From contig MU054323.1 of assembly GCA_013239625.1 (NCBI GenBank), positions 20,729,082 through 20,793,081 of the forward strand: a stretch of DNA of 64,000 nt. The letters run 5' to 3'. Both the position numbers and the translations under genes were made by a program. This DNA is from Lama guanicoe (taxonomy: Eukaryota). Under the pieces are notes generated by a model. That model was not told the origin of the DNA. It saw only the letters and a program-made list of their open reading frames with translations, and searched no databases. Below are positions 13,255-24,903 of this stretch, piece by piece; the first letter of the stretch is position 1, and every line of letters begins with the position of its first letter.

Positions 13255-13440
13255 TACGGAGCCTCAGGCTCTGCTACCCGACTGTACACGTGACTTTGGG
13301 CAGTTCTCTCTGTGCCACAGTTTCCTCACGTCTAAAATGAAGGACCACTAGTACCTCCTTCATTAATGCATGCAAAATGCTTGGCAGAGTGCTTGGCATA
13401 CAGTTAAAGGCTCAGTAAATGTTGGTCATGATTATTATAA
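13255..13440 (+). mobile_element. MIR SINE
   Basis: gtgactttgggcagttctctctgtgccacagtttcctcacgtctaaaatg...gtgcttggcatacagttaaaggctcagtaaatgttgg. Confidence 0.75.
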
Positions 13441-14989
13441 CCCCAGCAAGGGAGATGATACTGAAAATAATGTTTCCTAAAAATGAGAGTACAATGGGCA
13501 TCCTGTACACATTTCAGGGGTAGGGAAATGGACTTCTGAGATCAGTTACATGATATAGGTAGGATGGCCAAATCCTTCTCCACCTAAAACACTTTTCTGA
13601 AATTATTAGGTCATTTCTTTATTTCTTTGGGATTAACTAATCCTCTTCAAGATTCATATTTCAATACATAACACACACATATAATTACAAAAGAAAGAAT
13701 CAGGTTAAATAAAATTAGTAAAATGGAGACTAGGAAAGAAAATAACCACTCATTAACCCACCAAGACAACTTAAACTGAAAGTTAGACAGTGCAAATAGG
13801 TAAGATATTTGTTTAAACACTTGGTGAAAGAAACTGTTCAATTCAGTAGCTATGAAAAACACAATCGAAGGGGTGTGGACATAAGAGAGAAATAGAAAGC
13901 CCGCCTCTTGGAATACAGGGCGTAAATATTCAGTCAAGTCTCAGATAGCATTTCAGTAAATAGATATTTCAATGGAACATTTCCAACCTGAGAGCAAATA
14001 ATTTAAGATGGGTTTAAAATGAGAACGAAGGCTCTCCGTTCCCCTGCCCCTGCCCAGGCCTGTAACCCAGCCTCTGAGTCCCTGCAGCAGTTTGACTCTT
14101 TCTTCCTCATCCCCACAACTCCAACTGCAGACTATAATTTTCTTTCCAGCAGGAAACTGATATATACTAATGATGACAGCTGGATTCAGAAGAGGAAAAA
14201 GAACACAGGGGACAGAGAGTCCTTGTGGGTTTAAATCACTTTAAAACTCAAAACAAAACCCCCAGATTTGGAATTTTTAAAACCTAGTTAATGGCTAAGG
14301 AAACCTCAAATGATTGGGAAGTACTAAGATAAAAGTTTGAATTACACAAAACACATCATTATCTTAAGCTGTTCTAATCATCTTCTCTGCCTTTCCCCTT
14401 CACTGATTTTCTCATTGTTTATGCCCCCAGCCCTTCAATGTGGTTCTAAGACATTTTAGAGGTAGGAATAGCCTTCCAAGGTCACATACAGACTAGTATT
14501 TGAGAGGAGACGGGCAGATCCTCCATCATCTAAAAAAGCTTCCCAGAAACTGGCATTACTTCATTTCTTTTGTAATAATTAATCTTTAAAATTCATATTT
14601 TGATACAGTTATTGTTGAAATATATGTACATACACATATGAATAAAACAGAGTTATGTTGTGTAAAATTAGTAAAAAGGAAAATAAGAGGAAGAAACCCC
14701 CCTATAACCATACCATTCTAAAACAACTATTTTTAGCATCGTGCTGCCTTTAACTCTAGTCCCCCACTTCCCACCTGCCACCTCCCAAACCCCCAATAAT
14801 GGTTATCATAATACCTGGACAAATCTCCCTGCCATTCCATGACTGCATTTTCAGAAAACATTCTTTCCTTGACAAAGAAACTTGGTTCCATAAGGGTCCT
14901 AAGGATCCTACAAGGATGTGGGCACAGAAAATGTCACCTTGCCTTTAAAACCACATTACTCTACTCTCTGTCTTATATCCTCCAATGAT

Positions 14990-15380
14990 CTCCTTTGTCT
15001 ACAGGACCAAGTTCAAGCTCCTTAGACTTTGGCCCATGAAGCCCTCCTTGATTGAGTTCCTGCTTCCCCAGCCTCACTTCTAGCCACAGCTTCCGGTCCC
15101 TGGACACAACACTCCAGTGGCACTGTCCTAGTTCTCTGAAAGCTGTGCTGACCTGTGCCTCTGTGGCCTTAGACATGCTCCTCCCTCTGTCTATAATATC
15201 TACCTCCACCCCACCCATCTATGAATTTCTACTCATCCTTAAAACTCTGCTCAATCACCTCCTCTTCTGTAAAGTCTTTCCTTCCCTCCCAACTAGAAAT
15301 AACCTTTCATTCTTCAGTGCCTCAGTTGTGTCCCATACTTCCTTTACAGCGTCTGTGATTCCTTATTGGACCTACTTATA
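14990..15380 (+). mobile_element. L2 fragment
   Basis: Pyrimidine-rich L2-like text, e.g. actcatccttaaaactctgctcaatcacctcctcttctgtaaagtctttcc. Confidence 0.55.
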
Positions 15381-15717
15381 AGACTATAACATATCCATGT
15401 GGATCTCCAGATCCAGGTGCTCAACATGTCTAATGTTAGCATGTCATGTCTGATGAAAGAAAAAGTAAGTGAACAACAAGAACAAAATGACCCTTTCCTG
15501 GATCAGTCAGAGGGGCAGGAGCATCCCTAATCAAGTGGATTCCAAAGTGGATTCTTGCCATTCTATGCCAGGTGTGCTTCAGTGTTTTCCTTGGAAAGCA
15601 GGCATTTCTTCTTTGTTAAAAATGTTTTAACATGAGGAGAAGTGTACAAGTGAGGGATTGAGCATAACTCTGCCAGGCTGCAGGAAATGGATTAGATGCA
15701 TAGTTTCCTGCCAGTGA

Positions 15718-15955
15718 TAATGATGATGGTAGCTAACAGTTATTGAGCACTTATTCTGCACCACGCAAAGCACATTCTTTATATGGGACTTTATATGTTC
15801 AGTTGACAACCACCCTAAGATACAGATCCTATTATATTCCCATTTACAATTGAGAAAAAGTATTTCAAAGAGGTTAAATGACTTGCCTAGGGTCACAAAA
15901 AATAGTAAATGGAGGACCTGGGATTCAAACCTAGGGATCTAGCTTCAGAGCCTAT
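15718..15955 (-). mobile_element. MIR SINE, near full length
   Basis: tagctaacagttattgagcacttattctg...agaggttaaatgacttgcctagggtcac...ctgggattcaaacctagg. Confidence 0.85.
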
Positions 15956-16639
15956 GTGGTATATTCCCCTGCTCTGAGCTCTGTGAGCTTTGGAGGTAGA
16001 CAGACACATATTTTCAAACATGTAGACGTGATATAAGCATTTGATTTGAATTCAGAAAATGAAATTACACCTGATTGATACACGAGTTTAAATAAGGTTT
16101 GTATCTCGATGACACCTATAACTATTCTAAAAACTGAAGAAGAGTCTGCATTTCAATCAATCAGTTAAAAACCAATCCATTTAACACAGGCCTGCTACTT
16201 GCTTAGCTGGAGGACACAGAATTTAAGGCATGATTCATTCCTTCAAGGCATTTACAAGGTAAAAGTACATTATGATAATATTTTGAAATCATATTTAAAT
16301 TTACACATCCAAGTAAGTGATTACCTTGTTTGGTGATAACACTTAGCTATTGCTCAGAACTGCCTTTGGAAATAAATTATGAAGCACACAATAACTGATT
16401 TAGTGATTTTAAGTTCACAGTTTATTTTTATCCTAAACAGTGCTAACCACCTTCATTGCTATTTTATTTGACAATTGGTGAGTTCTAAAAATCCAATTCA
16501 TCCTCAAAGGAGGAAAATTTGTTACCAGTCTTTGTGTGGGCGTCGCATATGCATACATACATTCATACAGAGAGACACATACATATATATTCTGTGGCTT
16601 ATGAGGGCAATTCCCAAAGAACTGAAAAAAAAATCAGTA

Positions 16640-16940
16640 CTTGTCTGATAGGAATATATGAGCCATCTATGTAATTTTTGATTTTCTAATAGCCACATTT
16701 TAAAAAGTAAAAAGGAACAAGTGGAATTAATTTTAATAGTGCTTTTTATTTAAACCAATAAATCACAAATCTTCCAATATGTAATCAATATTAAAATTAT
16801 TGAGGAATTTAACTTTTTTTCACACCAAGTCTTTGAAATTCAGTGTGTATTTTATTCTTACAGAATATCTCAACTTGGATCAGCCATATCTCAATTGCTT
16901 GAGAGCCACATGTGGCTAGTGACTGCCACACTGGGGAGTG
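16640..16940. mobile_element. MER33-like hAT-Charlie element
   Basis: ttttctaatagccacattttaaaaagtaaaaaggaacaagtggaattaattttaata...gagccacatgtggctagtgactgccac. Confidence 0.8.
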
Positions 16941-17620
16941 AAGGAGAAGATTTTTAAAGCTATGGCTGTCATATTAGAATAAGAGTGAAAGAGCCCCATC
17001 CCCTGCCCACTTTAACCTGCAGAGAAATGCCTCCAAGAGGCACAGTTTACATTGATGCATGTGAAATACTGCTGAATAACACACAACAGCTTGTGATCAC
17101 ATTTACTTGGGGTATAAACTCTAAATAATGTACGAGACTGTGGAAAGGATGATTCCAAAAGGTCAAAGTCACCTTCATGTAGGAGTCCAGCTCATTAGGC
17201 AGCTGGTGGAAAGAGAAGGGTATTTTACAATGTTTAAAGGTTAACCCTTCTGGACAAGGAATGATGGTACTGATACACCAAGAAAAACTTAGTTCAAATA
17301 AACTAATGATTATAGTCAACCACACACAACTCTGACAGGAGCCCAATGGATGGGTTTGTAAGTAGTAAACAATATGGACAGGGCTCTTTATTTTATTTTT
17401 TTGTCTTTTTTTCTTCTTTTTCCTTTATGGACAAGGCTCTTTGGATATTAAGCAGAGAAGTGTTATAAAGCTAAATGAAATTTGGAACTGAAATACAGCA
17501 ATGGTAGAACTCCAAATGATTTACTTGGTAGCATCTGATTCATAATCTCTTTATAATCTCTGGATCCCAGTTAACTCAAGTGTAAAATAAAGTGGAGGCA
17601 ACCCTGAGGGCCCTAATAGC

Positions 17621-17735
17621 TAGGGTGACCTGTGATTTATTGTGCAAACCTGGACACTTTCAAGAGTAATAATTATGCTGGGATAAGAGGTATAAACTAG
17701 GACTGTTTCACAGCTATAAAACTATATGATCCTAT
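17621..17735. mobile_element. MER81-like hAT-Blackjack MITE
   Basis: Starts tagggtgacc...caaacctggacactttcaagagt...aattatgctgggataagagg; a related degenerate copy lies at ~45365-45460. Confidence 0.6.
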
Positions 17736-18765
17736 TCTACCAAACGGATGCAACAGCTACCCCTTTGCAGGGATGTGGAGCTGATGAAAGTCCAGGCGTG
17801 TTCCTATTACCTCTGCATGGCCACAGGGGATCTGGGGGCTAATATACATTGATCTGAGTGAGGCAGTTTTGCACCTCCCCCCAGAGCATTTTAAATTGGT
17901 TTGAATTTGGGAACAGGGTTCCATATGGACAGAGCTGGACTCTGACAGCCTGAATATATTTACTGAAGACAACAAATCATTGACAGACTAAATGTAACAG
18001 AGGAAAGGCCTGGCCTGCTTGTACTCAGAATCTGACTTTGTAATTGTAGCCTCCTTTAGACAGGCCTAATCAATTAGAAGACGCTGATTTTAACCAGTTG
18101 CAGGCTCATTACCCTGCATTCCAGTTTGTGTTGATGAAAATCAGTTTCAGCCTGTGGCCTGGAACTCATGTACAGCACTTCCTGCGGTCTCTTATACAAA
18201 CACATCAAAAAAATTTTTTATTTGCAGTTGCCCCTCTCCCTTTTAAAAGAAAAGCACTTTGTGAATCATGATTAAAATAGAACAACTGAAAGAACAATGG
18301 GTCTGGGGCCCATACCAGGAAACATACATGACACTAAGGCACATGTACAAAGTCAGAGATTAAGGTAGGGAGGGGTTGATCCAGGTCCAGAATCCAATGA
18401 GTCCACTCAGTTATCTCCACAGAATGGAACAGAATGAACTGAGTTCTTGAAAATGATGATCTTTCAAAGAAAATGCGTGAAATAGGAAAGAACCAAGGTC
18501 TTAGAAATACAGAGGATATGTATCTGAGTAAAGTCCAGACTTTTCCCTGAATGATCAAATAGAAAATAAACTTGCAACTAAACAAGGACAAGTTTCCTTA
18601 GGAAGCTTCTAGGAGGGAACCATAGGACACTATGTTTAATTTTGATATGTGGTTAGTCTTACAAAAGTAGAAGGTGGGGGAGTGTGCGGTGGAACCACTC
18701 AAAACCCCACCTACATTTCAAAGACCAGTAATCAGTCCAAAATATGATATAACTATGAATCATAC

Positions 18766-18860
18766 CTGGCTGCCTGCCTTTTGCGGGTTTGTCAAGGCAG
18801 GAAGTCAACAGGAAGAGAATATCAATATACACAGCTCTGGTCACCAAACATGGATTTTGC
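18766..18860 (-). CDS. THADA: THADA internal coding exon (95 bp, phase 2 to phase 1; probably human exon ~31 equivalent)
   Basis: Minus strand: acceptor ttattttctgttctttacctttccag|GCAAAATCC, donor CAGCCAG|gtatga. Joined to the 39605-39720 exon (AG+G=Arg) it reads (R)QNPCLVTRAVYIDILFLLTSCLDKPAKGRQP, matching recalled THADA RQNPCLVTRAVYIDILFLLT. Confidence 0.94.
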
Positions 18861-20219
18861 CTGGAAAGGTAAAGAACAGAAAATAAATTGATATTTCCTC
18901 TCCCTGAGGTCTGGGTCACAGAAAAGAGAAAACGGGTATTTTCTACCAAGCACGTCATGAGGCTTAGGGAGTTGTAATGGCTGCTGAAAATGATGGACAG
19001 TCACCAATGGTGAGAACACACTACCAAGTCAAGTGAGAAAATGAAATCCTAGAGCATCTGGTGGAAGTAGGGGTTGTGCGTGTAAAAAACAGACAAAACT
19101 CTATGCTCTGGCTCCAAAGAAAATTAACTGAAAACAAACAAAACCCAGTATCCTGTCCCAGTTATTTAAAAACAAGGCAGGGAGAGGGGGAATATGACAT
19201 GATATTCTATTATCTTCCTCTAAACTGGACAAATTTAGAGGGAGAATCATTAGTTATGAATATCACTGATCTAGCACTTTGGAGGAGGAGAATTGCACTC
19301 ACATAAGACAAACCATATTTATGGACTTAAAATAACCAGCTGAAAAAACAAACACATGAAAGCATTAACAAACACGGCAACAGACATTCCTTTCCGAATA
19401 AATGAGATTTTTTTTTTCTCTTTTCAAAAATGGAGCAGCTCTTTTTACTCTTTGAACCACATGCTGGAAAAAGTGGGCTTGGACTTAGAGGGTCTAGATA
19501 AAAAAGAATGAAGACTTTCTTCTGAGAACAGTGCTGAAGGTCCCTGGATCTGAGCCTTAGTTCATACTGACCATGAAAAGGGCCCAAATCTCCTCGGTGT
19601 GCTAATAATTCAGAACAAGCAGTAAAAACAGTAAGGACAGATCTGGGTTTGAATCCTGGCTTTGCCGCTCAGTATCTCTGTGTCCTGAATCAGGTTCCTG
19701 AGCTGTACAGTGGAAACACTGTGAGTCACTGTGAGCACTGGAGGTGGTACAGCAAACCCGGAACACCCACCTTGGTACCCGGCCACGGCAGATGCCCTGT
19801 AAGTGTCCGGCCCCTGCCCGGCTCCGCTGCCTCCAATACAAGACGAGGGAACGGCACAAGTTCTGGCTAGTATATTTTCGTCTGGCTTGATCCCTCAATT
19901 CATCCTTCTCACTCCCTATAAATGAACAGTTTTACCATTTTCCTAAAGTTTATCCCACTCTATCCTGAAGTGCCTATATCCTAGGGATATGCACGATTTG
20001 CAGGAAAAGCAAATCAGATACTTTTTATTTAAAACAAAACTGTCTTATGTCAAGGTCTCTCTGTGGCTGACCTGCCTCACTTCTATCCCACTGACTTGCT
20101 TCACTTACAGTATCTGCTTGTTCCCTGACGCCTACCCTATCGTAACTATTAGTTTATGTGTATACCTCACATTTGGCCTAATTTCATACTTATGCCTGGC
20201 TATTTTTAAAAATTAGTTT

Positions 20220-21300
20220 AAAAAAAAACAGGTAACACATGCACGTGGTGTAAAAATAATTCAAACAGTACAAAAGGGTAGGCAGTAAAAATTAAGTTCC
20301 TTTCCATGCCCCAACCCTCTAACCACATGTTCTGTTCCCCCGAGGCAACCATGATTACTACTTTCTACAGTATATCCTTCCAGGTACATTCTATTCATTT
20401 ACAAGCATCTATCTATAGCTACCCACTTGTTTATTTTTATGTAAGTAGTGGTTTACTACATATTAAGTTCTAAGCATTAGTTTTTTTCCACTAATATATT
20501 TTAGATGTCTTTCTATTGGAAACAGAGATTTGCCTCATTTGTTAAATGGCTGTGAACTGCTCCATTTCATGGATATACCTGTCCCCTACTGAAATAATTC
20601 AGATTAAGATACTTTGCTGAAAACAGTGCTGTAATAAATATATATGTACATTAGTTCTGTGCATATGATTGAACTCAGAGGAGAAATTCCTAGAAGCTCA
20701 ATTGCTGGATCAGGATACTTGCACATTTAAAATTTTGTCTGACTTTGGTAAGATACTCTCCAAAGAGACTGCACTAACAGTGTGTAAGAACCCCCTTCAA
20801 CCCTGACCAACACTGTGCATTATGAAACTTTTTGGCCTTTGCCAAGACCATAAGTGAAGAAGAGTATCTCACTATTTTAAATCACAACTGTAAGTGAGGT
20901 TCATTATCCCTTCATATGCTTTTCAAAAACGATATCTGAATTTCCTTTTCTATGAACTGTATTCAAACCTCCTGTTCATTACATGTTGTTGGTCTTTTCC
21001 TTATTGATTTGTAGAAGCTCTTTGTATATTAAGGAAATCTGCCCTTTGTCACGTGGGTTGTAAATAAGCTTTTGCAGTTTATCATTTGTTTTTTCACTTT
21101 ATTAATTTTTTCAATTCAAACATACTAGTGTTATATAAATATGCTAATATTTTAATTTATGTTTTCTGGGTCTTATGCTCACAAAGTCTAACTCTTCTCC
21201 AAGATAGATATAGATATATATATTTTTAATTTCCCGTATTTTTTCCTAGTACTTTACAGTTCCATTTTTTGTTGTTGCTAACATTTTGATCTTTTTGGAA
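20220..21300 (-). mobile_element. Old L1ME-type fragment
   Basis: Reverse-strand L1 3' ORF2/UTR features, e.g. aaattcctagaagctcaattgctggatc and ttattgatttgtagaagctctttgtatattaagga. Confidence 0.75.
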
Positions 21301-23417
21301 TCCACTCCCCTCCCCATCTTATCCCTACCTTTTGTCTCTATCTAATTTTCTTCAGGTCAGTCACAACTTGACCTGTGATGTTGAAGAGTCCACAGTCTGA
21401 ACACTTCTTTACCAGTATCATTCCCAGTTCCAGCACTTCCACTGTTTAACAGGTGGAATATTCCCCTGCCCCTACCACCCCCAAAGAAAGGGCTGTTCAA
21501 GAACGCAAGCAAGAAAAGCCAATGCAAGGGGTTAATGAATTTATCGGATATAAAGCATGGGGCTGAATAAATAAACTGCCGGCAGATAGCAGGTGGAATG
21601 CCTCCTGGGCATCCAGGTTTGAGCTCGATGCTGGGAAGAGAAGAGACCTCAGAGAATTCTGTCTAGTTACAGAGACAAAAATAAAGACAAGCTTTGGGAC
21701 GAGATGTAAGGAGTTGAGAGAAAGAACATATTAGGGTGGACTGGAGAAGTAGCAAGAACTCATAAACATGTAATTCCAACTGGGCTGTGAACGATGGGAA
21801 GAATTTAGATAGAAAAAGTTGATAAGGAGGGGCATTCTGAGAGGGTGCAATATGATATGGGAAGAAATTAGTTTGGCTTGTCCAGGGACCTGGATAGACC
21901 AGCTTGGGAAGATGAGAGAACGTACTGAGAAGGCGGAAACAAGAGCGAGGCAAGCCACGCTTTCAGGAGATGGGCTACTCCGTGCTCACTGGTGCTCCTT
22001 AGTGCAAAAATGTACTGCCAACGCCCATTTGGCCTTCTAGAGACCGAGCTTCTCACCCTAGATGTTTTTGTGCTTTTAGAGCCACACAGAATCAAAAAGG
22101 AAAGTTTTGGGGAAACCAATTTTACTTTCAAGTCTGGTGAGAAGCCTAGTTTCCATGAGATTTTTAGCAAAGTTAATGTATTTTTAAAAATTCCTAAATG
22201 AATAGGGGGAAGGTTGGCAATCTCTACAGCCCCATGCCAGGCCAGGCTGAAGTGTTCTGCATCTTCTTTTGGCCTGGCATAGGCTGCCGACCTTGCTGGC
22301 CTCCTGGGACGCTGCAGGGACCACTCTGACTGCTCCCATAACCCTGAGGCTCTAGGACAAGTCTGATGTAGTCAACAGATCATGGGAGGCTCCCTCAAAT
22401 GCTGCTGCTTTTGATTCCAGAAGAGAGCTCTGGGGCCACAAAGGAGTCCATCCATGGCATCTCCTTTGAGGCTGACTCAGAGAGAAATTCTGGCCTGGAG
22501 CCCACTGTTCAAGGCTCCACCCTCGAGGACAGCCACAGCCACGGCCACAGCCTCATAACATCCCTGTCTGGAATCAGAGTTGGGCTTCACTCTGAACTGG
22601 CTTCTAAGTCAGGAAAATAATTTTTTTTCCTCTTTTTCCCTCACTATTACTTGGTGTTTGTTCTGACTTGGAAATGGTACACTGTGAGTTCAGGGTGAGC
22701 CAGAGGTTTGTTCTCGGTCTGTCAAGCCACTTGGATGATGGGAATAAAATCCTGGGAAAGAGCAAGCCAGCTGGACAGGAAACCAAGCCACAGGGTTTTG
22801 GTGGGCTTGGGGATTTTTTTTCTTCCCCAGATGGAAAAATCCTGGCATGGGGCATGGTATAATGAAGATTTACAACGTTCAAAAAAAAAAAAATCAGGAG
22901 TGGTCAGGGTCTAACAGATGGGCTGAAAAACAGCATAATAGTGGCTTCAGAAGGAGTAGCAGGAATCAGGTACCATGAGGACTAAGTAGACATATATAAA
23001 ATGAAAGGAAGGGCTTGTTAAAATTCTTTCTTCCACTCTTTTTATCATTTGTCCCTTGACAAATACCCACCCGAGAACCTGATCTCTGAACTTCATTAAA
23101 CCTCCTGCCCTCTATCCTGGAAGCTGGGGGAGGCAGAGGCAGGGCAGAGAGCGCCAGGCTTCCCAGACAAGTCCACAATGGCCCTAGTGTCTAGAGGACA
23201 GCAGGAGCTCTTGAGAAGTCTGTGATAAATTATTCACTTCTTCGGTCCCTTCCGGAATCCCAGTGGCTGCAGAGCTTTTTAACTGAAGCCCATTCATTCA
23301 GAAAACATTTACTAAGAGGCTACTGAGAGCCAAGAATAGTGCCAGGGTATGGAAATGTGAAGATGAAATGATTCAGTAACACAGTCACTGCCCTCAAGGA
23401 ACTTAGAGTCCTGAATA

Positions 23418-24100
23418 GTGTTTTCAAACAGTAGGTTATGACCCATTTTGTTAGTTTTGAAATAAACTAGTAGGTGGTGACCAGCATAAGAGAAAGAAAG
23501 GAAGGAAGAGGAAGAGAGGATGGAGGAGGAAGGAGAGGGCTAGCTAGGGAAGGGAGGGACGGAGGAGGAAAGTATAGTCAGAGTGCCCCAAAGTATAGGG
23601 GTAAGCATCGTTCCCTTAAATTGTTTGTTGTATACAGGATTTCTATAAAATCCTTGCCCAGAATGGATTTCTAATAAATTATCTTTGATATAAGATGTAA
23701 ATAATTTATAAAATATAATACTTCTTAAGTAAAAATATTGATTGATTTGGTCTAACTCCTTTTTTTTCCTTTTCCAGGTAATAAGTCACTCTCCTTATGC
23801 TGAATATCAATATGGTCAAGCCTAATAGTAAATGACGGTAGAGGTGTCGAAAGCTAATGCCCCTGAAGTGAAATACGCTAAAATCTTAAGTAAATTCTCT
23901 CTGTTGCATTTTTTTTCACAGACTGTTCATATCTTATACAGACATTAAAATTTCAAACTATGCAAGATTTTATACATATGTATATTTGTGTATGTATGTG
24001 TGTACACACACACACAGAGTACAAAGATACATATTAAATCATCTGGAAAATGTATTTCTTGTTGTGAATTGTCAAAAATAAAACCTTGGAAGCCACTAGT
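23418..24100. mobile_element. MER103-like hAT relic split by a purine-rich tract and a TA-flanked inverted-repeat insert
   Basis: Ends tagtgttttcaaac...gacccatt and aatgtatttcttgttgtg...tggaagccactag. Purine tract ~23490-23570. Insert 23635-23980. Confidence 0.5.
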
Positions 24101-24874
24101 TTAACAAGAGAAACACACAACCAATCATTTGGTACAACGGGTGCCCAAAGGAGGGGTTGGCAGAGGGAAAATTAAGGATGGTGAAGGGAGAAATGCCTTG
24201 GTGAGTCAGGAAGTGCCCTGGCAGAGCTGGGGTATGAGGAGGTGTCCGGCAGACAGACCATGGGCAGAATGACCCCAGCAGAGGAAGCAGCATGTCCAAA
24301 GACTATGGCACGTGACATATTTGAAGAATAACAAGAAGGACAAAGGGGATGTGGAAGGGGAGGGACAGCAGGAAATGACAGAAGATGGGTGCCATGCCCA
24401 AAATTGGAGTGCTTAGGAGTGAACTCGAAGAGCTCCAAAAGCTCTGAAGAGTTGAAGCCTAGAGGGACCCCATTAGTCCAAGCCATACTGGAGGACTGGG
24501 CCCCTGCTCACTAGTGTGAAGCCTTGATGGGCCCCCTGGAAGAGACAGACAGTTCACTTTGGACATATGAAACTCTTCCAGATGAATTCACTGCCATCTT
24601 CAAAGGGCTGAAAATAGCTGTTTTGGCTTTAGGCTGCTAGTGTCTGTTAAGGTCTCTAAGTCACGAGACCGTATATGGACTTCAACAGAGTCAAGGTCTA
24701 AGGTCATTCCAGTCCCTAGGGAACTGCTCCCCCAGAATCCTGATTAGACTCATAGCTTAACTTTATTAATCTAGAAACCTTCACTAAGCACCATGGGCAA
24801 TATCCTACTTGGAACAGAAATGGAAGAAGAAGCCAAGGTTCTGGCCTTGAAGAGCTTATGGTGTTTGTGTGCAT

Positions 24875-24903
24875 GTGGTGGTGGTGGTGGTGGTGGTGGT
24901 GGT
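24875..24903. repeat. (GGT)n trinucleotide microsatellite
   Basis: About 9-10 perfect units. Confidence 0.95.
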
